The translations under genes were made by a program, and so were the position numbers. From Candidatus Aenigmatarchaeota archaeon (GTDB lineage Archaea; Aenigmatarchaeota; Aenigmatarchaeia; Aenigmatarchaeales; JAHLMS01), in the NCBI GenBank assembly GCA_018920245.1, contig JAHLMS010000002.1, positions 1 to 58,307 of the forward strand: DNA of 58,307 nt. Reading direction: 5' to 3'. This document shows positions 17,609-27,127 of the stretch, piece by piece (within the stretch, counting starts at the first letter, position 1; each line of letters opens with the position of its first letter). The notes under the pieces are model-generated. The model saw only the letters and a program-made list of their open reading frames with translations, made no database searches and was not told the DNA's origin.

Positions 17609-18766
17609 ATGGATGTTCGCGAAATAATGTCAAAGAATTTTGTAAGTCTAGGCCCCGATGACACCATACAGGCATTTATGTCAGCGATGGAGCGATATCA
17701 CATACATTCCGTACCTGTCATTGAAAAAGGAAAGCTTCTCGGCAACCTAGAATATAAGAAACTTTCTAAAAAAGGCATCATCGATCCATCGACGGCCAAA
17801 ATCAGGTCGTTCATGGATTCACCACCGCCAACACTTAAGCCTGACAGTACAGTGGAGGCGGCAGCTGATGTCTTGTTCAAGTCCCGCATGCGCGCATTGC
17901 CTGTTGTGGAAAAAGGGAAGGTCATAGGCGTTGTGTCCGTATGGGACATCATGGATGTTGCCGCACGCACAAAATGCTTTAGGCAGACCACAGCGGATGC
18001 CATAATGTCTCCTGCTGAAACAATAAACGTGGATGACGACCTCGGCAAAGCGCGTGTATTCATGCGCGAAAAAGACATATCGCGCTTACCGGTTGTAAAC
18101 GCTGATGGCAAGCTCGTTGGCGTCCTTACTGTTTTCGACATGCTACGTGCGATCAAGCCGCGTGAAAGGCAAGGATGGTTCTCGATGGCAGCTGAGGTTG
18201 ACCGCATAATGGGTTGTCCTGTAAGCACTGTCATGAACAAGAATCCTGTTATCGCAGGACCACGAACCAGTCTGTCAGAAATTGCCAGCATGATGGTACA
18301 GCACAAGACGTCCGGAATCATAATAACCGACGGGGCTATGCCGCTCGGTGTTGTCACGATAAAGGACCTTCTTGAGGTTTATGTTGCCGGGCTCAGCCAG
18401 AAAGGTGTATACTACCAGGTTATAGGCCTGGAAGATGAGGATGAGATGACAATAAACACCGTAGACCGCATGATACGCGACACGTTGCAGAAAATAGCAA
18501 CAATAGTGCCGCTGCAATTCTTCTTCATCCATGTAAAGAAACACAGTCTTGAAGGCCTGAGGACAAAATATTCGGTGCGTGCGAGGCTACGTACGGACGC
18601 AGGCGTATTCATGTCCAAATCAGTGAAATGGGATGCCCGTGACGCCATCGGTACGGCGCTTGACAATCTGGAACGTATAATGCTGAAACGGAAGGAAGAA
18701 ATGGTCACAAGGATAAAAAAAGGTGCGCGCAAGTTTAAACAATTACGACAGACACAGGAGCTGTAA
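17609..18766 (+). CDS. four-CBS-domain protein with a C-terminal HPF/RaiA (S30AE)-like domain
   Basis: Four CBS repeats, each ending in ...VPV/LPVV...G(V/I)(L/V)(S/T)..D(I/M/L)(M/L). The C-terminal 120 aa (YYQVIGLEDEDEMTINTVDRMIRDTLQKIA...KYSVRARLRTDAGVFMSKSVKWDARDAIGTALDNLERIMLKRKEE) follow the beta-alpha-beta-beta-beta-alpha pattern of ribosome hibernation factors. Confidence 0.75.
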   Translation: MDVREIMSKNFVSLGPDDTIQAFMSAMERYHIHSVPVIEKGKLLGNLEYKKLSKKGIIDPSTAKIRSFMDSPPPTLKPDSTVEAAADVLFKSRMRALPVVEKGKVIGVVSVWDIMDVAARTKCFRQTTADAIMSPAETINVDDDLGKARVFMREKDISRLPVVNADGKLVGVLTVFDMLRAIKPRERQGWFSMAAEVDRIMGCPVSTVMNKNPVIAGPRTSLSEIASMMVQHKTSGIIITDGAMPLGVVTIKDLLEVYVAGLSQKGVYYQVIGLEDEDEMTINTVDRMIRDTLQKIATIVPLQFFFIHVKKHSLEGLRTKYSVRARLRTDAGVFMSKSVKWDARDAIGTALDNLERIMLKRKEEMVTRIKKGARKFKQLRQTQEL

Positions 18767-18900
18767 TGATGCAAACAAGTTGTGACAGATGTGGTAAGTC
18801 AGTGAAACAGGTGGGTAGACTTACCAAGATGCGATGGAAGGGCTTCAACCAGATGCTGTGCCGTAATTGCAAGCGAGAAATAAAGCTTGGTTTACATTAA
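18766..18900 (+). CDS. small zinc-ribbon protein (44 aa), not in the ORF track
   Basis: My own translation gives MMQTSCDRCGKSVKQVGRLTKMRWKGFNQMLCRNCKREIKLGLH, with CxxC...CxxC. The ATG overlaps the upstream TAA (TAATG). The 3' end overlaps the convergent rhomboid stop. Confidence 0.45.
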   Translation: MMQTSCDRCGKSVKQVGRLTKMRWKGFNQMLCRNCKREIKLGLH

Positions 18901-19520
18901 AGCCATTCTCTTTCCCAACGTCTGAAAGTCTCTTCATCAATATCTTTCGCTAACTTTTTCTTGATAAACAGCGGTTCACCGAATTTTTTTCTTAGTGCTA
19001 TACCGAACATGATACCTGTTGCAAGACCTGCCAAGTGTGCAGCATTGGCTATTCCAGACGGCACGAACAGTCCTAGCAAATCTCCTATGGCCCACACGCC
19101 TGCAGCGACAGCCATGGGCATCGGTATGCCTGCCACCCATACAGTTATTCTTGGCCGCAGAACCGCCAGCGTTCCCAGCAGACCGAATATCGCTCCAGAA
19201 GCACCAAGCGACTCTGGATAGAATGCTGAGGCAGCAATGCTAGCAATTATTCCGGAGATGAAATATAAAATCAGCCAGCGCCTGCTGCCGATTATGTTCT
19301 CAAGTATGGTGCCGAAAAGCGCGAGCGCGAACATATTGTAAAACAGATGCTCTATTGAGCCGTGCGCGAACATGCTTGTTATCAATATCCATGGTCTCAC
19401 CAAAATATCCGATGAAATGAGCGCTAGTGAATCTGTGAATGTAGGAATTGTAAGCTGCAAAATAAATATAATAATGCATGCTACAGTCAGCCGCAGTGAC
19501 CAGAAATCTGTGAGCCGCAT
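18897..19520 (-). CDS. rhomboid-family intramembrane serine protease
   Basis: Six TM segments. Contains HGSIEHLFYNM, the catalytic GASGAIFGL and the His in NAAHLAGLATG. Confidence 0.85.
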   Translation of the reverse strand: MRLTDFWSLRLTVACIIIFILQLTIPTFTDSLALISSDILVRPWILITSMFAHGSIEHLFYNMFALALFGTILENIIGSRRWLILYFISGIIASIAASAFYPESLGASGAIFGLLGTLAVLRPRITVWVAGIPMPMAVAAGVWAIGDLLGLFVPSGIANAAHLAGLATGIMFGIALRKKFGEPLFIKKKLAKDIDEETFRRWEREWL

Positions 19521-19526
19521 GGCAAT

Positions 19527-21056
19527 CTACTTTATCCTGGCACCCGCCTTGGTGAACGGCAGTTGCTTTTCAAGCAATTTCTCTATGACCTCCTGCAACC
19601 TATCGATGGCCACACGGACTTGTGCAGTGGTGTCGCGGTCTCGCAACGTCACTGTTTCGCTCCTAAGCGTTTCACCATCCACTGTTATGCAATAAGGTAT
19701 CCCTATCTCATCGGCCCTCGCATAACGACGGCCGATGCTATCCGCCTCATCATAGAATATGTTGAGCTGCTTGTTCAGCAGTTCGCATAACTTCTTGGCT
19801 TTCTCATCCATTCCTTCGCGTCGCACAAGCGGAAAGATGGCAACCTGATACGGAGCGAGCGCTGGCGGCAGTGCCAGCCATGTCCGTTTGCCATCGTTAC
19901 GGTAGGCATGCAACATCAGCATCCAGATTGTTCTGTCTATTCCGAACGAGGGCTCGTACATGTTTGGCAGAATGTGCATACCATCCTCGAAGACAGAAAG
20001 CGATTGCTTCGAGAATTTTGCGTGCCTGCTCAGGTCATAGTCAGAACGCCAGGCATTGTTAACACACTCGACCCAACCGAAATCCTCGGTGTAAATCTCG
20101 AAGTCCCAATGAACCTTCGAATAGTGTGCACGCTCCGTCGGCAGTAGCTCCTTGAACCGCAGGCATTTCCTGTCAAAACCCAGCGCTTCGTAGAACTGTT
20201 GGACCTTTGCCAGATAATAACCTATCAATTTGTTGGGAATATAGCCTTCAGCAATGGCGCTGTCAACTGTTATATCAAGCGGCTCCTCCACGGTATCGCG
20301 CAGATTCGCTGGCAAAATGCGTACCTTGAAATCTTTTATGCTCTTATAAGCAGGCCATTCCGTGTTCGCGGGATTGAAGAATATCTGCAGCTCTGCCATC
20401 CAGAACTCTCGCATGCGGATGAACACCTGGCGAGGCGATATCTCGTTGCGGAAGGACTTTCCGATCTGCGCTATTTTCAGCGGCAACTTCGCCCGCTGGC
20501 TCCTGTAGATGAAAGGAAAATCAAGGACAGAGGACTGTGTCGTCTCGGGTTTGAGGTAGCACTTTGTCTCTCCGGTCGGGCCGACATTCACATTAAACAT
20601 AAGGTTGAAAACAAAGACCTCGCCAAGCTCCGCGCCACACTTTGGACATTTGATTTTGTTTTTTCGAATTATATCGGTCAATTCTTCTGTGGTCTTACCC
20701 TCAAGCCTGCCCTCGTATTTTATCGTATCCTCTATGAGGATATCCGCGCGCCATCTATGCTTCTCCTTGCCTTTGCACATCACCTGCTTGTCATTGAAAC
20801 CCTCAGTATGGCCGGATGCCTGCCATACTATCTCGGGAAGTATATCAGAAGTGTCAATTTCATAAGCACCCTCGTCGCGCACCCACCATTTTCGCCACAT
20901 GTCCACAAAGTTATTTTTCACTGCTGTGCCTAGCGGGCCGTAGTTCCAGAAACCAGCAACCGGGTTGTAGAGCTGCGCAGCTGGCCAGAAGAACCCCCTT
21001 CGCTTGGCCAAGGCCTCGACCTCGGCTGCAATTGTCGTTTTCTTCTCTCCAGACAT
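19527..21056 (-). CDS. glyS: glycine--tRNA ligase (archaeal/eukaryotic alpha2 type)
   Basis: KRRGFFWPAAQLY...GFWNYGPLG, FRNEISPR, and the class II motif 3 region GIDR. Confidence 0.93.
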   Translation of the reverse strand: MSGEKKTTIAAEVEALAKRRGFFWPAAQLYNPVAGFWNYGPLGTAVKNNFVDMWRKWWVRDEGAYEIDTSDILPEIVWQASGHTEGFNDKQVMCKGKEKHRWRADILIEDTIKYEGRLEGKTTEELTDIIRKNKIKCPKCGAELGEVFVFNLMFNVNVGPTGETKCYLKPETTQSSVLDFPFIYRSQRAKLPLKIAQIGKSFRNEISPRQVFIRMREFWMAELQIFFNPANTEWPAYKSIKDFKVRILPANLRDTVEEPLDITVDSAIAEGYIPNKLIGYYLAKVQQFYEALGFDRKCLRFKELLPTERAHYSKVHWDFEIYTEDFGWVECVNNAWRSDYDLSRHAKFSKQSLSVFEDGMHILPNMYEPSFGIDRTIWMLMLHAYRNDGKRTWLALPPALAPYQVAIFPLVRREGMDEKAKKLCELLNKQLNIFYDEADSIGRRYARADEIGIPYCITVDGETLRSETVTLRDRDTTAQVRVAIDRLQEVIEKLLEKQLPFTKAGARIK

Positions 21057-21270
21057 GGTATCAGTATTACCGTGATGGCTTAAAAATTCAGCGCAAACAA
21101 GAAAAGTTTTTAAGTCCTAAAAATCAATATTTTATTGTGAGTAAAATGATGGGTGTGCATCTTTGGCAATGATGAACATGAGATTTTGCTAGTGGCCACC
21201 CTGTCACGTATTTCTATTGCCTTTGGTGAAACACTTAAAAGTAGAAATGTCCAATTAGGAGCCGATTGCC

Positions 21271-22371
21271 ATGCCTGAAAAACGTCTCACGCCATTCGAT
21301 GCTGATGAAGATAAAGAGATAGACTACGGAAAGCTGATGAAAGAGTTCGGAACGCAGCCTGTGCCTTCACATATTATCAAGAAGTTGTCCGACATTCGAG
21401 CTTTCCGTCATGGATATGTCTTCAGTCACAGGGATTTTGACAAATTCCTAGCTGCGTATGAGGCCGGAAAAAAGGTCGCTATAATCACCGGATTCAACGC
21501 TTCAGGCAGCATACATCTCGGGCACAAGCTGTCGTTCGATTGTGTTATTGAACTGCAGAAAAAATATAGGATACCAGCCTATGTGCCGATATCCGATGAT
21601 GAGAGCTATGTCTGTGAGAAGGTTAAGGACCAGGCAGAGGGGCTCAAGAATGCACGCCTGATAGTTGCACAACTACTCGCACTCGGATTCGATCCATCGT
21701 TGACGAAGTTCTTCATACATCAGCAGTACACTAAGATCTACAACCTTGCCATCAAGCTTTCACGACGCTATACCATGAGCGCGATAAAAGCTATTTACGG
21801 CTTTACGGACAGTACAAATCCAGGTCTTATGTTTTATCCTGTCATACAGGCAGCTGACATCCTATTGCCGCAAGAGCCTGAATTTGAAGGCAGGATTTTT
21901 ACAGTGACGCCCATAGGCATCGATCAAGACCCTCACATGCGGCTGGCACGCGACATAGCAGACAAATTTGGTTACATCAAACCAACTACATTTCACATCA
22001 AGTATTTGCCCGGCCTGCGCGGCGGTAAGATGTCGAAGTCAAGGCCTGGCAGCGCCCTGTTCTTAAATGAGAAGCCTGAAGTGGCTGCAAAATATGTAAT
22101 GAACACGCTTACGGGCGGGCGCAACACCATCGAGGAACAGAGAAAACTTGGTGGAGAATATGATAAATGTATTGTCGCCAAATACATGGCCGCACATTTC
22201 GACGATGATAAGCAGATGTTGGACCGCAAGCGCAAATGCCTTAGTGGGCAGCTGCTCTGTGGAGAATGTAAAAACGACCTTTCCTGCGCCATAAAAAAGT
22301 TCCTGGTAGAATTCCAAGCGCGTGTAGCAAAGGTGGAGAAACGGCTTGACAAGAATCTCATAAAGAATTAA
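21271..22371 (+). CDS. trpS: tryptophan--tRNA ligase
   Basis: Class I HIGH-like GSIHLGH and the KMSKS motif. The N-terminus TPFDADEDKEIDYGKLMKEFGTQPV is typical of archaeal/eukaryotic TrpRS. Confidence 0.88.
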   Translation: MPEKRLTPFDADEDKEIDYGKLMKEFGTQPVPSHIIKKLSDIRAFRHGYVFSHRDFDKFLAAYEAGKKVAIITGFNASGSIHLGHKLSFDCVIELQKKYRIPAYVPISDDESYVCEKVKDQAEGLKNARLIVAQLLALGFDPSLTKFFIHQQYTKIYNLAIKLSRRYTMSAIKAIYGFTDSTNPGLMFYPVIQAADILLPQEPEFEGRIFTVTPIGIDQDPHMRLARDIADKFGYIKPTTFHIKYLPGLRGGKMSKSRPGSALFLNEKPEVAAKYVMNTLTGGRNTIEEQRKLGGEYDKCIVAKYMAAHFDDDKQMLDRKRKCLSGQLLCGECKNDLSCAIKKFLVEFQARVAKVEKRLDKNLIKN

Positions 22372-22401
22372 AGTTTTAAACCCGCCTGCCAATAATAAGG
22401 C

Positions 22402-23709
22402 ATGCCATATGTTCTTACAAATGAGGGCAAGGAATTCCTTTCGAAAGGTTTGCCGGAGCGACACGTCCTGACATTTCTACGCGACGGAAGACGTACAATG
22501 GCCGAACTAGCAACGCTCCCAGGATCAGCAATAGGAATAGGCTGGGCTCGAAAGGCCGGATGGATAAGGATAATAGATAACCTTTTTGTCGAGCTCACCG
22601 ACGAAGGCAGAATAGCATCTGGTCTCAAGCTGCCGATGGAAAGGGCACTCGAAGATGTGGAACGTAGTGGAGAGACAAGCCCTGAAAACGCGCAGTTGCT
22701 CCTCAGTCGCGGACTTATCAGACAAGTGCCTGGAAAGGCTGGAATATTTGAAAAAATAATACCAAGAATGTCTGAGATATCACTGCCGAAACATACAGAG
22801 TCCGAGTATGCACAGCTCACCCCAGAAATAATCAAAACAGGCCGATGGAAGGAGATGCAACCTAAGAAATATGATGTCAACGCACCTGCGCCACAACTCT
22901 GGCCTGGCAAACGGCACATTGTGCAACAATTCCTAGAAAAAGTGCGTCGCATCTGGATAGAGATGGGTTTCAAGGAGATGACGGGTAACCTTTCCGAAGT
23001 TGCGTTCTGGAACTTCGATGCACTATACCAGCCACAGGACCATCCGGCACGCGACCTTGCTGATACTTTTTATCTCAATCCTCCTGAGAGCGTACAGTTA
23101 CCTGGAGGTAACATTGTTGAGCGTGTATCAGCCACGCATACAAACGGGTGGACCACGGGAAGCACCGGATGGAAATATAAGTGGTCCGCCGATATCGCTG
23201 CAAAGGCCTGCCTGCGCACACATACGACATGTCTCAGCGCACGAACGTTGGCCGGACTTCGAAAGGAGGACCTGCCGGCAAAATATTTCGCAATAGGCAG
23301 ATGCTTCCGAAATGAGACATTGGACTGGAAACATCTCTGTGAGTTCTATCAGGTTGAGGGCATTGTGGTTGATGAGAGCGTGACATTCAGGCATTTGCTT
23401 GGCTACCTGAAGCGATTCTATGCAAAATTGGGATTCCCTAATGCGCGGTTCAGACCAGCCTACTTCCCATACACTGAGATGTCGACTGAAATAGAGGTGT
23501 GGGATCCGTATAAGAAGGTTTGGCTCGAGCTTGGCGGCGCTGGTATATTCAGACCGGAGGTCGTGAAACCCCTCATGAACATAGATATTCCTGTTCTTGC
23601 ATGGGGACCAGGCGTGGAGCGGCTTGTCATGAACGCATATAACATTGCTGATATCCGGCAGCTGTACGGAAATGACCTAGCGCTGCTGAGAGGAGCGAAG
23701 ATGTGGTGA
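22402..23709 (+). CDS. pheS: phenylalanine--tRNA ligase alpha subunit
   Basis: HPARDLADTFY, FRNE, and GAGIFRPEV...AWGPGVERL (class II motifs 2 and 3). Confidence 0.92.
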   Translation: MPYVLTNEGKEFLSKGLPERHVLTFLRDGRRTMAELATLPGSAIGIGWARKAGWIRIIDNLFVELTDEGRIASGLKLPMERALEDVERSGETSPENAQLLLSRGLIRQVPGKAGIFEKIIPRMSEISLPKHTESEYAQLTPEIIKTGRWKEMQPKKYDVNAPAPQLWPGKRHIVQQFLEKVRRIWIEMGFKEMTGNLSEVAFWNFDALYQPQDHPARDLADTFYLNPPESVQLPGGNIVERVSATHTNGWTTGSTGWKYKWSADIAAKACLRTHTTCLSARTLAGLRKEDLPAKYFAIGRCFRNETLDWKHLCEFYQVEGIVVDESVTFRHLLGYLKRFYAKLGFPNARFRPAYFPYTEMSTEIEVWDPYKKVWLELGGAGIFRPEVVKPLMNIDIPVLAWGPGVERLVMNAYNIADIRQLYGNDLALLRGAKMW

Positions 23710-25379
23710 TTATGCCTACTATGACTTTCAACAGAAAAGACTTCTGCAAGCTTGTTGGGAAGGATTTCAGTGTTAAGGAGCTGAGCGAGAAGATTCCGAT
23801 GCTCGGTGTTGCCTGGGAACATGCCGAAGGCGATGAGATAGAGGTAGAGGTTTTCCCGAACAGGCCAGACATGCTCTCCGTCGAGGGCCTTGCACGCGCC
23901 TTCTCTGCATTTGTAAACATTGATGTCGGACTCCCTGAATATGTTGTTGAGGATGGTGGTTACAAAGTCCATGTAGACAAGTCTGTGACTGCAATCAGGC
24001 CATACATCGTATGCGCAGTTGTGAAGGGTGCGAAGCTGGACGATACTGCTATCAAGAGCCTGTTGCAACTCCAGGAGAAGCTACATGCAAGCCATTGCCG
24101 CAGAAGGGCGAAGGCCGCGATGGGTGTCTGCGACCTCGACAAAATAAAATTTCCTGTAAAATACACGACAGGCGCCCCGAACATAAATTTTACCCCGCTG
24201 GGTTGGGACACACCACATCCGCTTTCAGAGATACTTAAAAAACATCCGCGTGGCATCGAATATGGATGGATAATAGAGCGCAATACCGTGTTCCCTATAC
24301 TGGCGGATGCAAAGGACATGATACTGTCCATGCCACCTATAGTAAACAGCAAGGATGCTGCAATAACCGTAAAGACGAAGAACCTGTTCATAGACGTGAC
24401 AGGCACTGACCCGAAGACAGTCAAGGAAGTGCTGAATATCGTTGTCACTTCGTTGGCTGACCGTGGCGGAAAGTTGTATTCTGTCGATATTGATTATCCT
24501 AAGCTCACCGAAACCACACCTGACCTGTCACCAAGAATAGCCAAGCTGGACTTGAATTATGCGAACAAGCTGCTGGGGATAAAATTGGGTATCACAGAAG
24601 CGATAGATCTGCTCAAGCGCATGCGGTTCGATGCGGTTGAATTCCTGGACAGCAAAGAGTCTGTAATCGAGGTCACCGTTCCGGCATATCGCACAGATAT
24701 CATGCATCCAATAGACTTGGTGGAAGACATCGCGATAGCCTACGGTTATGAAAACTTCAAGCCAGAGCTGCCACCACTGTTCACGGTAGGTGAAGAGTCG
24801 TCGGATGAGGAGTTCAATCGAAAATTGATTTCAATTATGACTGGGCTCGGCTTCCAAGAAGCGCTCACATACGTGCTCAGCAACAGTATGAAGCTGTTCA
24901 CAAACATGGGCCTGAAGGAACAGCCGACCGTTCGTACTGTCAACCCACGCACTGTCGAGTTCACGTCAGTCCGCACATGGCTACTGCCGTCGTTGCTCGA
25001 AGCGCTGGCTGCAAATCAGCACAACCCTTTTCCACAGAAACTAGCTGAGATTGGCGAGTGCCTTGTTCTTGATAATTCGACCGACACAGGAACGCGCACA
25101 ATCCGAAAACTTGCCGCGGTCATTTGCTATGACGCTGCGAACCTGACGGAATGCAGATCTGTTGTCAATTCCATTCTGGGCAACCTTGGCCTGGAATATT
25201 CGGTAAGGCCGACTGAGCATCCAAGCTTCATACCGAGTCGTGTCGGTGAAATTCTCATCAACGGCAAGCCCGCAGGTTTCTTCGGAGAGATACATCCTGC
25301 CGTGCTTTCAAACTGGAAACTTGAAAAGGCCGTGATTGCTCTCGAGCTGGACGTTTCGGCGCTTCAGCCTGCCAGGTAG
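23703..25379 (+). CDS. pheT: phenylalanine--tRNA ligase beta subunit
   Basis: The B3_4 and B5 domain patterns are present (EVFPNRPDMLSVEGLARA, YRTDIMHPIDLVEDIAIAYGY). It overlaps pheS by 7 nt. Confidence 0.92.
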   Translation: MVIMPTMTFNRKDFCKLVGKDFSVKELSEKIPMLGVAWEHAEGDEIEVEVFPNRPDMLSVEGLARAFSAFVNIDVGLPEYVVEDGGYKVHVDKSVTAIRPYIVCAVVKGAKLDDTAIKSLLQLQEKLHASHCRRRAKAAMGVCDLDKIKFPVKYTTGAPNINFTPLGWDTPHPLSEILKKHPRGIEYGWIIERNTVFPILADAKDMILSMPPIVNSKDAAITVKTKNLFIDVTGTDPKTVKEVLNIVVTSLADRGGKLYSVDIDYPKLTETTPDLSPRIAKLDLNYANKLLGIKLGITEAIDLLKRMRFDAVEFLDSKESVIEVTVPAYRTDIMHPIDLVEDIAIAYGYENFKPELPPLFTVGEESSDEEFNRKLISIMTGLGFQEALTYVLSNSMKLFTNMGLKEQPTVRTVNPRTVEFTSVRTWLLPSLLEALAANQHNPFPQKLAEIGECLVLDNSTDTGTRTIRKLAAVICYDAANLTECRSVVNSILGNLGLEYSVRPTEHPSFIPSRVGEILINGKPAGFFGEIHPAVLSNWKLEKAVIALELDVSALQPAR

Positions 25380-26134
25380 TCCAACATCCTGTCGAACCAA
25401 TTCTTTCTTTTTGTTGGCTCAGTCCAAGCCTCGCCCGCTATCGATGCTGCCAAGCGCTTGAATTCGCGACTGGCCTTGCTGCGCGGGCTATAATTGACAA
25501 CGGGCATCTTCGCGGCGATGGCCTTTGGCACCGCCTTATCCTCAGGCACGACAGCTATCACAGGAACCTCAAGCATGTCGCGAATCTCAGAAACAGAAAT
25601 TTCATGGCTATGACCTCTTACGCGGTTGACCACAACACCAAGCACCTTCGTGCCTATCTCGTTAGCCATCTTGATTGCTTTCAGCGCGTCTGTGAGAGCA
25701 GGCAAGTCTGGATTCGTGACTATTATCATTTCATCGGAAACTTCCATTATGGCTGTTGCCTCCTTTCCCAGACCTGCGGCACCATCTATCAGTATTATTT
25801 CCGCTGCGCCAAGCAGGTTCATAAGGGCACCTGCAAGCTTATTTATGTTGAGACCCTTGAGCGCGCCAACCGACAGCGAAGCTGGTATGACCTGCATGCC
25901 TGAGCTATGCTTGTATATCGCGCTCCGTATATGCGCATCGCCCTTCAGCGCATCATGCAAGGTTATCGGTGCCAGCGGTATGCCTAGGTGAAGGGAGAGG
26001 TTCGGCGTCGTGACGTTGCCGTCTATGACAATAACAGACTTCCCTTTCTCAGCGAGCGCCGCACCGATGTTAGAAGTGGTCGTAGTCTTTCCCACACCAC
26101 CCTTGGCCGAGAGCACGGCAATTATGCGTGTCAT
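25364..26134 (-). CDS. minD: MinD/ParA-family P-loop ATPase
   Basis: Deviant Walker A SAKGGVGKTTTTSN, plus IIDGAAGL. There is a convergent 16-nt overlap with pheT. Confidence 0.85.
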   Translation of the reverse strand: MTRIIAVLSAKGGVGKTTTTSNIGAALAEKGKSVIVIDGNVTTPNLSLHLGIPLAPITLHDALKGDAHIRSAIYKHSSGMQVIPASLSVGALKGLNINKLAGALMNLLGAAEIILIDGAAGLGKEATAIMEVSDEMIIVTNPDLPALTDALKAIKMANEIGTKVLGVVVNRVRGHSHEISVSEIRDMLEVPVIAVVPEDKAVPKAIAAKMPVVNYSPRSKASREFKRLAASIAGEAWTEPTKRKNWFDRMLDYLAG

Positions 26135-26174
26135 AAAATCGTTAGAATAATGGAAATTTAAGAATAAAAAGGTG

Positions 26175-27113
26175 CTACCAGACCGTTCTGAGCAGCATCA
26201 CATTGTTGTTGGGGTACATATCGGTGTTTTTCCTGCCTGGGTCTATCACCAGCTCAAGTTCAGTGATGTCAGAAAGTACAGTTATCTTGCCTGTTATGGT
26301 AAGTTGCGAGCCAGGCTCGATGACCGGCAAGTCAAAGGTTCCGATAACATTGCTTCTGGCTTTTATTTGTAGTTCAGTCGCATTTGAGTCCAGCAGCCCT
26401 CTGTTCATTACAACCATTTTTATGTCGAGATGTACATTGCGCTTCGTCGATGTTACATTCATGAACGTCAGATCAGGCGCCGGCTGCATCCTGTACAGTT
26501 CTTTCAACGTATCAAGAATATCAGGTGTCACCCTCTGCAGGCAATGTAGTTGAGGGTACATTATATCGTAATAGCGCACAGCGGGATTTGTCGTATTAGG
26601 ATGGTCAAGACCCAGCGCATGTCCGAGCTCATGTGCCGCGACCAACTGAGGACAGCTCGTCGAAAAGCTGGTTTTTGTAACTATTGTTACTTCACAACCT
26701 ACAGAAAGGTTGAACAGACCAGTATCGATAACCTTTGGCATGCTGGTGCCGAGTTCGACTGCCTCTTCACCGACAACGGGCACCTCTTTTGTCCATCTTA
26801 CCGTAATGTCGGCTACCTGTGGGCTGTCGACTTCCTTGAATGCAACAAGCCCGTCTGTCTGGTCTTTCCATATTTTCATCCCTTCCCTGAACGCTTCAAT
26901 ATCTCTGTCAGTGGCATTCTGTGTATACATGTAAATTGTCACGGGCATATGGTTCCATCTGAAGTTATCAAACATGAGTGCGTGTGTTTTATTGAATGTT
27001 ATGTTCTCAATGGTGTAGTTGGTAGGCTCCAATTCAGATGGAAAGGATGCCTGCTCTGCAATGCAACCAGATATCATAACAGCCGCAAGCAATGTTAATG
27101 CTATGCACCTCAT
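26175..27113 (-). CDS. secreted matrixin-like (M10) zinc metalloprotease with a CARDB-like C-terminal domain
   Basis: AAHELGHALGLDHPN followed by a Met-turn (DIMYP). The N-terminus MRCIALTLLAAVMISGC looks like a signal or lipobox. I moved the start to 27113 because the track's upstream extension (to 27203) lies over a tRNA gene. Confidence 0.8.
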   Translation of the reverse strand: MRCIALTLLAAVMISGCIAEQASFPSELEPTNYTIENITFNKTHALMFDNFRWNHMPVTIYMYTQNATDRDIEAFREGMKIWKDQTDGLVAFKEVDSPQVADITVRWTKEVPVVGEEAVELGTSMPKVIDTGLFNLSVGCEVTIVTKTSFSTSCPQLVAAHELGHALGLDHPNTTNPAVRYYDIMYPQLHCLQRVTPDILDTLKELYRMQPAPDLTFMNVTSTKRNVHLDIKMVVMNRGLLDSNATELQIKARSNVIGTFDLPVIEPGSQLTITGKITVLSDITELELVIDPGRKNTDMYPNNNVMLLRTVW

Positions 27114-27127
27114 GCGTTCACCATGAT

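Noticed and set aside
21160-21240. Possible C/D-box sRNA in the glyS-trpS spacer (ATGATGA at 21166)
   Set aside because: No appropriately spaced D, D' (CTGA) or C' boxes could be found.
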